Part shown: in pieces, positions 43,970 to 52,556 of the stretch
Layout: the number at the start of each line of letters is the position of its first letter
Position numbering within the stretch: position 1 is the first letter of the stretch
From: Dehalococcoidia bacterium
GTDB taxonomy: Bacteria > Chloroflexota > Dehalococcoidia > Lucifugimonadales > UBA3495
Direction: 5' to 3'
Length of the DNA: 64,000 nt
Assembly (NCBI GenBank): GCA_034428455.1
Contig: DAOUHZ010000161.1
Span: forward strand, 3,459 to 67,458
Translations under genes and position numbers: made by a program
Notes under the pieces: generated by a model
What the model was told of the DNA's origin: nothing
Databases searched by the model: none
What the model saw: only the letters and a program-made list of their open reading frames with translations

Positions 43970-45778
43970 TTACTTCAGTTTCAGCGTCCAGATGGCGGTG
44001 ACGTAAGGCACGAGGCTCCAGGGCTCGTAGGAGGCCACGTCGGCGCCCAAACCCCACGGAACGTTGGTGTTGAACCCATCGCCCCAGTAGGTCTGGTCCT
44101 GCAGGTAATCGTACATCGCGTTGTAGGATGCCGCACGGGTCGACGCGTTCAGGTCTGACAGGCCCTTCTGCACGACCGGCGTGGTGGTGCTGGCCCAGGG
44201 CTCGTTCTCCCAGTTGCCCACCGCCCGCCAGGCGATCTGCTCGTTGAGGAAGCCGCCCTGGGTGATGGACGTGCCATCGTAACGGCCCTCGTTGGTCCGC
44301 ACCAGCACGTCGCCGGGGTATTCACGGTTGTTCCACTTCTGGCGTGTGGCGGCCGCGTCGCCGACCGTCACCTCAACATCCCAGCCCAGTTCGGTCCAGA
44401 AGTCCTTGTACAACTGGGCCAGGTCGGGCAGCAGTGGCAGGTCACCGGCTTCCCAGGTGTAAAGGGTGAAGGCAATCTGCTCGCCGTTGGCGTCGGTGCC
44501 GTCACCGCCGTCCGCGCCGCCGTAGCCGATGGACTTGAGCAGCTCTTTGGACTTTTCAAGGTCGAACGCCCGCGGGCGCAGGTTCTCGCCCCAGCCCAGG
44601 GAGTTGGGAGTCACGTGGGCCCAGCTGTCGGCGTTCACCGATTCGGGCGAGTACAGCCCGTTGACGATGGCATCCTTGTCGATGGCGTGCTCGGCGGCCT
44701 GCCGGGCCTCCACCGGGAAGCACCACAGGGATTCCTCCCAGCAGTCCACGTACACCACCCAGTTGTAGGAAGATTCTTTCTGCCAGGCGATGGATGCGCC
44801 GTCGACACTGTTGATGTCGCCGATCATGTTGATGTTGGCTTCAATCAACTGGGCATCGCCGCTGCGCAGCGCGGCCAGGCGGCCCGCGGGTTCAGGAACG
44901 ACCTCAATGGTCAGGGTGTCAAAAGTGACGCTGCGGTCTTCGGAGAATCCGTTCTCGGTGGTCCAGAAGAAATTGTCAAACTTCTCGAACGAATACTTCT
45001 GTTCCAGAACGAAATCGGTCACGCTCATGGAGCCGATCCCGATGGGGTCGGTCTCGTAGCCTTCGAACCCGGTCGCTCCGGCGCGTTCACGCATGGCAGC
45101 CTCCGGAACGATCATGGGGCTGGCGCCCTGGGCGTTCTCCGACCAGTTGAAGGAGAAGTCCAGACGGACGGTGTTGAAGGTGACCTGCACCTGGTCGTCC
45201 GCCGGGCCCTTGGACACGCCGTCGATCAGCTTGGTGAGCGCCACGTCGCGAGGCTCGTAGTAACCCGATTCCAGCAACGTTTGCGCTTCGGCTCCCAACC
45301 GCGAATCGAGGTTGAAGAATACGTCGTCACGGGTGATGGTGTTCCCGTCGTGGGCCTCGATGAAGCCATCGTTGACCGTGAAAGTCCAGACCTTGCCGTC
45401 CTCGCTGACCGACCAATCCTTGGCAACCGCCGGCACCAGTTCGCTGCCGCCGGCTCCGCCGACCAGGGCGACCCCGAAGATCCGCTGGAACTTCAGGTCT
45501 TCGCCTTCCGTCAGCAACGGGTCGAACTTGCCGTTGCCAATGTTGGTGACCAGCAGATTGACGTGGCCGCCGGTCTCCTCCGCCATGGCGGCGGGTTGGG
45601 CGGATTCCGGCATCGCGGTCGGGGCCGCCGACGCGGCGCTGGCCGGTGCGGCCGTGGGCGCTGCCGCTGGCGCGGCGGGCGCTTCGGACGCGCCGCCACA
45701 GGCCACCGCGGCAATCAAGCCCGCTCCCAGGCCCAATGCGGCCAACAGCCGCAGGTTAATATACCGTTTCAATCCCAT
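43970..45778 (-). CDS. ABC transporter substrate-binding lipoprotein (family 5, peptide/nickel type)
   Basis: Signal plus lipobox LIAAVACGG, Ala/Pro-rich linker, then a family-5 SBP body. First gene of the SBP-permease-permease operon. Confidence 0.8.
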   Translation of the reverse strand: MGLKRYINLRLLAALGLGAGLIAAVACGGASEAPAAPAAAPTAAPASAASAAPTAMPESAQPAAMAEETGGHVNLLVTNIGNGKFDPLLTEGEDLKFQRIFGVALVGGAGGSELVPAVAKDWSVSEDGKVWTFTVNDGFIEAHDGNTITRDDVFFNLDSRLGAEAQTLLESGYYEPRDVALTKLIDGVSKGPADDQVQVTFNTVRLDFSFNWSENAQGASPMIVPEAAMRERAGATGFEGYETDPIGIGSMSVTDFVLEQKYSFEKFDNFFWTTENGFSEDRSVTFDTLTIEVVPEPAGRLAALRSGDAQLIEANINMIGDINSVDGASIAWQKESSYNWVVYVDCWEESLWCFPVEARQAAEHAIDKDAIVNGLYSPESVNADSWAHVTPNSLGWGENLRPRAFDLEKSKELLKSIGYGGADGGDGTDANGEQIAFTLYTWEAGDLPLLPDLAQLYKDFWTELGWDVEVTVGDAAATRQKWNNREYPGDVLVRTNEGRYDGTSITQGGFLNEQIAWRAVGNWENEPWASTTTPVVQKGLSDLNASTRAASYNAMYDYLQDQTYWGDGFNTNVPWGLGADVASYEPWSLVPYVTAIWTLKLK

Positions 45779-45857
45779 CGTTTTATCTTACCTCCTCCTT
45801 TCGAAAGGGCGGGCAGCGTATGTCGCTGCCACGCCGCTGCGTTACGGATGCCGAACG

Positions 45858-45886
45858 ATTAAACGGGGATATCGCCTTGCTGTCAA
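45858..45886 (-). promoter_or_regulatory. Candidate promoter of the ABC importer operon
   Basis: Minus strand reads TTGACA (45886-45881), a 17-nt spacer, then TTTAAT (45863-45858). AGGAGGAGG RBS precedes ATG 45778. Confidence 0.5.
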
Positions 45887-45939
45887 GGATGGGTTACGAA
45901 TCCATGCCAATCGCGTGGCGTATTCCATATACCAATTGT

Positions 45940-45954
45940 GCTAGCATTGCTAGC
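45940..45954. promoter_or_regulatory. Perfect 15-bp palindrome GCTAGCATTGCTAGC (candidate operator) in a divergent intergenic region
   Basis: Read directly. A third GCTAGC lies at 45965-45970. Confidence 0.35.
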
Positions 45955-46003
45955 GTAGATTTCGGCTAGCCAATCAATCTTCAGGGTGTTCGGGAAAGCA
46001 ATC

Positions 46004-46336
46004 ATGTTCACTCCCACCAAGCTGTTTTACATCATCAGCGCAGCCATCGTCGGCAGCGCGGCCGGCGGCTACGTCGCCTGGGCCATCGCCTCGCGATTCG
46101 CCCGGATCGCCGAGCTGAACGACCGGGCCATCGTCGAACCCCATGTGCTGGTCGTGCTGTGCGTGACCGGGGGCCTGCTGGCCTTTCCTCTGGGCGCTGC
46201 CGCCGGTCTTCTTGGGGCGGTGTTGGTCAACCGGGTAGTGGAACACCTGCGCCGTTCCCAGGGCGGCGGAGGCGAAGCCGACAACGTCTCTTGGGTAACC
46301 CAGAGGCCGACTACGGATGACAGGCCCGGCGAGTAG
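46004..46336 (+). CDS. Hypothetical small membrane protein (2 TM)
   Basis: LFYIISAAIVGSAAGGYVAWAI and VLVVLCVTGGLLAFPLGAAAGLLGAVLV are hydrophobic helices. GGGAAAG lies before ATG 46004. Confidence 0.4.
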   Translation: MFTPTKLFYIISAAIVGSAAGGYVAWAIASRFARIAELNDRAIVEPHVLVVLCVTGGLLAFPLGAAAGLLGAVLVNRVVEHLRRSQGGGGEADNVSWVTQRPTTDDRPGE

Positions 46337-46367
46337 GCCGGTATAATCGGTTACACCGGAAATCAGC

Positions 46368-46421
46368 CTGGATTCCGGCCCCGTATCAAGTACGGGGTGA
46401 CGTTCTTTCACCGGAATGACG
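46368..46421. repeat. Family-A hairpin unit carrying a nested second hairpin in its loop
   Basis: CTGGATTCCGG-[CCCCGTA TCAAG TACGGGG TGACGTTCTTTCA]-CCGGAATGACGG. Confidence 0.65.
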
Positions 46422-46444
46422 GTTACAGTTGTAGGAGTTTTCTC

Positions 46445-46813
46445 ATGCCCCAGTTCGTGCGCGTTTTCACCGGCTCAGACGGCCAGTCCCAACTCGAGCA
46501 TTATGAGCCACCCTTCGAGGACTTCCTGGACACCGAGGGAGCCTACGGTCGCGGCACCCCCATGCAGGCAACCAGCGGCATGACGATCCGCATCTCACCG
46601 CCCGACTACTTCCTCGACTTCCACTGCGCCCCCCGGCGACAGTACACCGTGACCCTGGCCGGGCAGGCCGAGATCGGGCTGAGCGACGGCACCACGCACC
46701 GCGTTGGGCCCGGTGACGTTCTGCTGGCCGAAGATTTGACGGGTGAGGGCCACACGACCCGCGTGGTTGGCGGCGAAGAAAGGGTGTACCTGGTTATTCC
46801 CCTGGCGGACTAG
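46445..46813 (+). CDS. Cupin-domain protein
   Basis: 122 aa. FHCAPRRQYTVTLAGQAEIGLSDGTTHRVGPGDVLLAEDLTGEGHTT has a cupin beta-barrel layout. GGAG lies before ATG 46445. Confidence 0.55.
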   Translation: MPQFVRVFTGSDGQSQLEHYEPPFEDFLDTEGAYGRGTPMQATSGMTIRISPPDYFLDFHCAPRRQYTVTLAGQAEIGLSDGTTHRVGPGDVLLAEDLTGEGHTTRVVGGEERVYLVIPLAD

Positions 46814-46895
46814 GGGGCCGATTCGACCCCATCCGCGTAGCCGAGCCCAAGATGCACTGCGCTTGGCGTGGCCGTCCTGACATTGGAATAACGCC

Positions 46896-48203
46896 GTGCG
46901 CGGTCTTTCGTACCGCCTGAACTCCGCCCGGGAACCAGACGACCCGGGCGGTGTCTTCTACGGATGGTGGGTGCTCTCTGCTGCGGTTGTCCTGGGATTC
47001 GTCGCTTTTGGTGTGGTGATCCCCGGATACCTGGCGTTTTCGGTTCTCGTCCGCAGTGAACTCGGTCTGACTTCTGGTCAGTCTGCCTTCGTGGTGGGAG
47101 CCGCGTGGGGCGTGGGCGACGTAACGTCGCTGGCAGCCGGGTGGCTGGCCGACCGTTACGGCGCGCGCCGCTTGATCCTGGCCGGGGGCCTGCTCTCCGG
47201 ACTGGGCTTCGCCGCGCTGGGTTTCGCTGACTCCTTCTGGGCCATCGTGGCAGCCTATTCCGTAGTAGCTTCAGTGGGCCGCGGTCTCGGCATCTTCCCG
47301 ACCCTGATGACTGTGGTCAACCAGTGGTTCGAACAGCGCAAGGCCTTCGCCCTGGCGGTGATCAATACTGCGGTCATGGGCGGAGCGGCGGCCATCCTCC
47401 CGGCGCTCAGCGCCTCCGCAGACCATTTCGGTTGGCGGGCCACTGCAATGGTCGCCGGCATCCTGGTGTGCATCCTGACCATCCCGGCCGCTGCGATCAT
47501 CCGCAGTCGACCCGAGGATCTGGGCCTGCAACCCTACGGCGCCGGCGCGACCGATTCAACACCGTCCCGGCGAGGCTCCAGGCTGGCCGGCGGCGCCGGC
47601 TCTCCGCGGCTGGACTACTCTGCATCCCAAGCGCTGGTGACGCTGTCCTTCTGGGCGCTGACGGTGGGCGCGGCCCTGCGCACGGTTCCGTCGGACGTGC
47701 TGGTTATCAACCAGATTCCCATCCTGATCTGGAAAGGCGTGGCCGAAGAACGCACCTCCACCTATCTTTCAGTCACCTACTTCGCCACCATCCCGGCCCG
47801 GTTCGGCATGGGACTCGCCGCCGCCTGGGCGTCGCCCCGCCTGTTGCTGAGCGGAGCCATGGCCCTGGTCGCCCTTTGCTCCGTCGCCGCCCTGCTGCTG
47901 GACGGGGACACGGTGGCCTGGTTCCTGATCGTTTCCTCGGCCACCGGACAAGGCGTAAGTTCCCTGGCCTGGATCACCGTGGGCGAATACTTCGGCCGGC
48001 GCAGCTTCGGGACGCTGGTGGGAGTGATGACCCTGTTTTACGGCGTCAGCGGTCCCATCGTCCCGGCAGCGGCGGGATGGGTCTTTGACCGCACGGGCAG
48101 CTTCGTACCCGTCCTGATGGCCGTCGGAGCGCTGCAGGTGATATCGGCCGGCGCGTTCCTGCTGGCCAAACGGCCCGGCAACCCCGCGCCAATAGAAGGA
48201 TAG
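46896..48203 (+). CDS. MFS transporter (oxalate/formate-antiporter-like)
   Basis: 12 predicted TM segments. Motif A-like GWLADRYGARRLILAG. Confidence 0.75.
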   Translation: MRGLSYRLNSAREPDDPGGVFYGWWVLSAAVVLGFVAFGVVIPGYLAFSVLVRSELGLTSGQSAFVVGAAWGVGDVTSLAAGWLADRYGARRLILAGGLLSGLGFAALGFADSFWAIVAAYSVVASVGRGLGIFPTLMTVVNQWFEQRKAFALAVINTAVMGGAAAILPALSASADHFGWRATAMVAGILVCILTIPAAAIIRSRPEDLGLQPYGAGATDSTPSRRGSRLAGGAGSPRLDYSASQALVTLSFWALTVGAALRTVPSDVLVINQIPILIWKGVAEERTSTYLSVTYFATIPARFGMGLAAAWASPRLLLSGAMALVALCSVAALLLDGDTVAWFLIVSSATGQGVSSLAWITVGEYFGRRSFGTLVGVMTLFYGVSGPIVPAAAGWVFDRTGSFVPVLMAVGALQVISAGAFLLAKRPGNPAPIEG

Positions 48204-48431
48204 CGACACTGAGCCGGACATCATCGCGGAGCGCACGCCGGGTCGGGATCGAGGCTGGCGTCATCCATTACGGACTGTCAGTATTGCTCATCACCGGCGG
48301 CATCGAGGTCAGGTGCGGCGCGCAATCTATGGCCCCCGCAGCATTTAGGGTTGTGCAATCTTTCGTGGTATATTTTGGTTGTTCCGCAGCATTGTGATGT
48401 TTCCAGTGGGCATTGCCCGGGGGAGAAGATT

Positions 48432-48767
48432 ATGCCTGACTTCCTGCATGGCTTGGGCCTACCAAACGAGTTGGTTGTAGATTTCATGGTTGCCGCGGAA
48501 GAACGAGGACTGTCTCCTGACGAGTACGCAGCAGATCTGTTGGTGCGGGCTTTTCGGCTTGGGGTTGGCCGGCCGGGACGAACGTTTACCGTGCCGGCGA
48601 CTTCCGAGGGACTTTTCCGGCAAGATGGCTTTCGCGTGGTAGGGCGCTGAAACGGTGAAGTGGAGTTTGCTTCTTCATCCGGGCTGTCGTTCGAGCAGGC
48701 TTCCGACGCCTTGCTGGACGCTATTCTTGCCGATAACGAGTCGCGTGAGATGTACTTGACGAAGTAG
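48432..48767 (+). pseudogene. Antitoxin-like small gene interrupted by an in-frame TGA (48648-48650)
   Basis: MPDFLHGLGLPNELVVDFMVAAEERGLSPDEYAADLLVRAF...VVGR-TGA-NGEVEFASSSGLSFEQASDALLDAILADNESREMYLTK, all in one frame. The stop TAG 48765-48767 lies 5 nt before the PIN gene start. Confidence 0.4.
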
Positions 48768-48772
48768 CTGTC

Positions 48773-49191
48773 GTGCGGGTAGTGGCGGATACCAGCGCGT
48801 TGCTAACGCAGGCACGAAGCGGCTTGCGCGATAGCCCGTTATGGCGCGGTTTTGCCTCAGGCACACTGGTGCCATTGGTTTGCGAAGACACCTACCGGGA
48901 GTTTCGTCGGAAACTGGCCGAATGTCGGTTAGGATTGTCCGTGGGCGTACAGACCGAGATATTGGCTGAGTATTTGTCGTACGCTGAGTACGTGGAAAAG
49001 GTGCCTCAAGGGTATGATTACGGTCTGAGTGGGTAGACCGGGTGATGCTGGACTTGGCGTTATGGCGTGAAGCCGATGTTCTCATTACGCTGGATGACGC
49101 TTTGCTCAACCTGGACGGTAAGGGTCACTTTGACCTGAGGATAATGCGGGTGGGGGAATTCATGTCGAAATTCGGCTCGGGAAAGCAGTGA
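48773..49191 (+). pseudogene. PIN-domain toxin gene (PIN_3/TIGR00305-like) split by a frameshift near 49033
   Basis: Frame a: VRVVADTSALLTQA...LVPLVCEDTYREFRRKL..., stopping at 49034-49036. The next frame from 49033 continues VDRVMLDLALWREADVLITLDDALLNLDG...LRIMRVGEFM, the expected PIN C-terminus. Confidence 0.6.
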
Positions 49192-49367
49192 AAAAGAGGC
49201 CCGCTTCCGGTAACGACCGTCCTCCCTGACCAACAACCTGGCACATGAGAACAAGCGGCCAAGTGCTTTTGGCCCGTTACCGGTTGGTCATATTGTTTTA
49301 GGCTGGACAATGGACCAGGGGCGACCAATCGGCCGCCCCTGGAGTTCTGAGCACAGGGCTACGAGCG

Positions 49368-51002
49368 TCAGTCCAGCGTGAACCCTTCGTAGCCGTTGGC
49401 TGCCACCTCGGCGCGCTTGGCCCGCATGACCGGCGCGGTGTCCGGCGCGGTCAACAGCACCCGGGCCTTGCCGGGGATATTGGCGCCGACGAACCAGGAA
49501 TCGGCCTGGGTGCGCAGGATGTTCTCGCTGTCCTCCCTCATGTGCCGCACCCACGCTACCTCAGCTTCGGAAGTAGCCATGATCCGGTTATGGCCGCTGT
49601 CGCGCACGTGGGCGATGGCGTCGGTGACCCACTCGACCAGCGGCTCGGCAGAACGTGGGAAATTGCCCACGGAGGCGGCGTTGATGGTGAAAAGGTTGGG
49701 GAAGCCGTAACTGGACATGCCCATGTAGGTTTGGGGGCCGTTGGCGAACTTTTCCTTGAGGACCTCGCCGCCGATACCCTGGATGTGGATCAGGTTGAGC
49801 GGGCCGGTAACGGCGTCGTAGCCGGTGGCGAAGATGATGACGTCTAGCTCGTGCTCGCTGCCGCTCTCCAGCTGGATCCCGCGGGGGGTCAGGCGGGCGA
49901 TGGGGTCTTCACGGACATCGACCAGCAGGACGTTGTCGCGGTTGTAGACCTCGTAGTAGCCGCTCTCGCAGGGCAGGCGCTTGGAGCCAAACATGTGGTT
50001 CTTCGGCACCAGCTTCTCAGCAACCTCCGGGTCGTGCACGCGCTCGCGGATCTTGTTGCGAACGAACTCGGCGTAATCCTCGTTGGCCTCGCCGGGCATC
50101 ATGATGTCGTAGAAATTGGACAGCCACTTCTTGAAGCCCGGCTCGGCCCAGAGGCGTTCGTACTGCTCCAGTTTCTCTTCTTCCGAAACCGCCAGCGCGG
50201 AGCGGGTGTCGAACTCGTGCATGAAAGAACCGGGGGTGGCCAGGCACTGCTCGAAAATCTCGGGGTAGTGACTCTTGATGTAGTCCTGGGTCTCCCGGTC
50301 GATGACGGCGTTGCGCAGCGGGACGCAGTAGTTGGCGGTGCGCTGGAAGACCGTCAGGTGGGCGACTTCGCCCACGATCTCCGGGATCAACTGGACGGCG
50401 GTCGCGCCGGTGCCAATGACGCCCACGCGCTTGCCGGCCAGGTCCATGCCTTCCTTGGGCCAGCGGTTCGTGTGACACCAGGCTCCTTCGTAGCTGTCCA
50501 GGCCCTCGAACTCAGGCACGTAGCGCGCCGAAAGGATGCCGATGGCGGTGATGACGAATTGAGCGCGGGCCTGGTACCCGTCATCCGTCGTGATCTGCCA
50601 GCGGTTGCTCGTCTCGTCATAGACCAGGGACGCCACCCGGGAGTTGAAGCGGATATCTTGGCGCAGGTCGAACTTGTCAGCCACGTAATTGAGGTAGCGC
50701 TCGTTCTCTGGTTGAGCGGAGTAATGCTCCTTCCACTCCCACTCCTGCAGCAGCTCCTCGGAGAATGAGTACCCGTAGGTGTAGCTCTCGGAGTCGAAGC
50801 GGGCCCCGGGGTACCGGTTCCAGTACCAGGTGCCGCCCACGCCGTCACCCTCCTCCAGGGATCTAACCGAGAACCCCAGCCGGCGCAACCGGTACAGAGA
50901 ATACAACCCGGTGACCCCGGCGCCGATGACGATAACGTCAAATTCCTCCACGCCTCCGGCGGAATGTCCGTTGGAAGACGTCTGCTGCAACGACGTAGTC
51001 AT
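49368..51002 (-). CDS. Type I Baeyer-Villiger monooxygenase (flavin/NADPH dependent)
   Basis: FDVIVIGAGVTGL. GGTWYWNRYPGARFD. Fingerprint YEGAWCHTNRWP (F/YxGxxxHxxxWP). Second Rossmann VGVIGTGATAVQ. ATG 51002 is preceded by AGGAGGG. Confidence 0.85.
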   Translation of the reverse strand: MTTSLQQTSSNGHSAGGVEEFDVIVIGAGVTGLYSLYRLRRLGFSVRSLEEGDGVGGTWYWNRYPGARFDSESYTYGYSFSEELLQEWEWKEHYSAQPENERYLNYVADKFDLRQDIRFNSRVASLVYDETSNRWQITTDDGYQARAQFVITAIGILSARYVPEFEGLDSYEGAWCHTNRWPKEGMDLAGKRVGVIGTGATAVQLIPEIVGEVAHLTVFQRTANYCVPLRNAVIDRETQDYIKSHYPEIFEQCLATPGSFMHEFDTRSALAVSEEEKLEQYERLWAEPGFKKWLSNFYDIMMPGEANEDYAEFVRNKIRERVHDPEVAEKLVPKNHMFGSKRLPCESGYYEVYNRDNVLLVDVREDPIARLTPRGIQLESGSEHELDVIIFATGYDAVTGPLNLIHIQGIGGEVLKEKFANGPQTYMGMSSYGFPNLFTINAASVGNFPRSAEPLVEWVTDAIAHVRDSGHNRIMATSEAEVAWVRHMREDSENILRTQADSWFVGANIPGKARVLLTAPDTAPVMRAKRAEVAANGYEGFTLD

Positions 51003-51209
51003 AAAAACCCTCCTGTTGACTGGTGACACGCGTCGGCCAAAAAGTTAGTACGGTGGGCCGATTATACACCCCTGACGAGCGTACCGCGCTCGGTTTGTCC
51101 AACTGCCCACCTCCGTCGTGCCAACCCTACCGAGGCAGGCCGTCTCCGAACCCGGTGCTATACTGCCGCCAAGCTGACAGCATGATGCCGCCACTCGGCG
51201 GACACAGAA

Positions 51210-51896
51210 ATGGAGCAGAACATGGCGACGAAACGTAAAGGCGACGGCCTGCTTCTGGTGTACAGCGACGTGGCGCCGGAGCACGACGAGGAGTACAACC
51301 GCTGGTACAACGAGGAACACATTCCCGAGCGTCTGTCGATACCGGGCGTACTCGATGCGGCACGCTACCAGGCGGTCCAGGGCGGCCCTAAGTACCTGGC
51401 GGTCTACGAGCTGGACAGCCACGAAGCCTGGTACTCGGACGAGTGGCAGAAGTGGCTCAAGGAGCCAACCGAGTGGTCCCGACGCATGTCCCCCAGCGTC
51501 ATCGGCACCGAGTACATTCGCAACCTGTACAAGCGGGTGCATCCCGACGAATTATCGGAGGAGACGGCCGAAGCCGGCATGTCTCCGCTGCTCCTGGTGG
51601 GCCGTATGGGAATCCCGGAACATCTCGAAGAGGCGTGGAACGACGCCTACAACAACGAGCGGCTGCCTATGGCGCTGGACATCCCCGGATATATCCGTGC
51701 CCGACGGTTCCAGGCGGTGATGGGCGAGCCCAAATACGCGACGGTCCACGAGATGGAGTCGCTGGAAATTGCGGAAAGCGACGCCTGGCGGAACTGGAGC
51801 CAGATCGTCACACCGGTCTGGACCCACGAGGTGCGCCCGCACATGATCCACGGCGAAGGGTCGCCCGGGGTTTACCAGCGCATCTTCCCGGAGTAG
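51210..51896 (+). CDS. Protein made of two tandem dimeric alpha+beta-barrel (EthD/DUF4286-like) repeats
   Basis: Repeat 1: LLLVYSDVAPEHDEEYNRWYNEEHIPERLSIPGVLDAARYQAVQGGPKYLAVYELDS. Repeat 2: LLLVGRMGIPEHLEEAWNDAYNNERLPMALDIPGYIRARRFQAVMGEPKYATVHEMES. The start may be ATG 51222. Confidence 0.5.
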   Translation: MEQNMATKRKGDGLLLVYSDVAPEHDEEYNRWYNEEHIPERLSIPGVLDAARYQAVQGGPKYLAVYELDSHEAWYSDEWQKWLKEPTEWSRRMSPSVIGTEYIRNLYKRVHPDELSEETAEAGMSPLLLVGRMGIPEHLEEAWNDAYNNERLPMALDIPGYIRARRFQAVMGEPKYATVHEMESLEIAESDAWRNWSQIVTPVWTHEVRPHMIHGEGSPGVYQRIFPE

Positions 51897-51951
51897 CCTT
51901 TTGTCAATCCGCCCCGCAGGCTGTAACATTAAGTTATCGGGGAGGTGGGTC

Positions 51952-52344
51952 ATGACAACGCCCAACGTGCGAAGCGGGGGCGCGGAAGCAGAACCCGTGC
52001 CGGCTCAAGTCAACGATGCGAGTCGCCAGACTGACCAGCCCAGTGGCGCTGGCAATTCGGAGAGCCGGCTGGACAAGTCTTCCTGGCTCAATTACATACT
52101 AATCGGAGCAGGCGTCACAACCACATTGGGGGTGATTACGCTGCTCTGGGGCAGTGCGCAGAATGGCCCCATCATTATGTTGCTAGGAGCGTGCCTGCTT
52201 TCAGCCGGCACTTTGGGCTGGCTAGGGGCGTTCATCTTTTTGACCTGGTTGCTGATACGGGAGATCGGGCCGCTAGTTTGGCGCGGACTGAAAAGCGTCC
52301 GTCAATTCTTTCCAAAATTCAATTCCAAAGGCAAGGAGCAATAG
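51952..52344 (+). CDS. Hypothetical membrane protein
   Basis: GGGGAGG RBS before ATG 51952. Polar N-terminus, then TM helices WLNYILIGAGVTTTLGVITLLWG, IIMLLGACLLSAGTLGWLGAFIFLTWLLI. Confidence 0.45.
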   Translation: MTTPNVRSGGAEAEPVPAQVNDASRQTDQPSGAGNSESRLDKSSWLNYILIGAGVTTTLGVITLLWGSAQNGPIIMLLGACLLSAGTLGWLGAFIFLTWLLIREIGPLVWRGLKSVRQFFPKFNSKGKEQ

Positions 52345-52554
52345 CAGGGCCAGTATAATGGGTCGCAGACACGCCAACCAAAGCATTACCGAGCGGAGTA
52401 CACCTGAACTGGCTCCCAGAGGCAGCTGCTGGTTGCGAGCCGAATGCAAGGTGGCATAAACGGTTAGCGCCAACGATTCCGTTACGACCGCTACGATAAC
52501 AATCGTCTGGTAATCGAGCGGCAGTTGCGAGATTATTTCCGCCAGCTGTTTCAT
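52273..52554 (-). CDS. Hypothetical small membrane protein
   Basis: ATG 52554 lies just after the stop of the upstream ACAD-like gene (52557). TM-like TIVIVAVVTESLALTVYA and RPIILALLLLLAFGI. The 3' end overlaps the convergent ORF by 72 nt. Confidence 0.3.
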   Translation of the reverse strand: MKQLAEIISQLPLDYQTIVIVAVVTESLALTVYATLHSARNQQLPLGASSGVLRSVMLWLACLRPIILALLLLLAFGIEFWKELTDAFQSAPN

Positions 52555-52556
52555 AT

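Noticed and set aside
48648-48650. The in-frame TGA in the antitoxin-like gene as selenocysteine or programmed read-through.
   Set aside because: There is no SECIS-like hairpin immediately downstream, and the partner toxin is itself frameshifted, so simple decay is the more economical reading.
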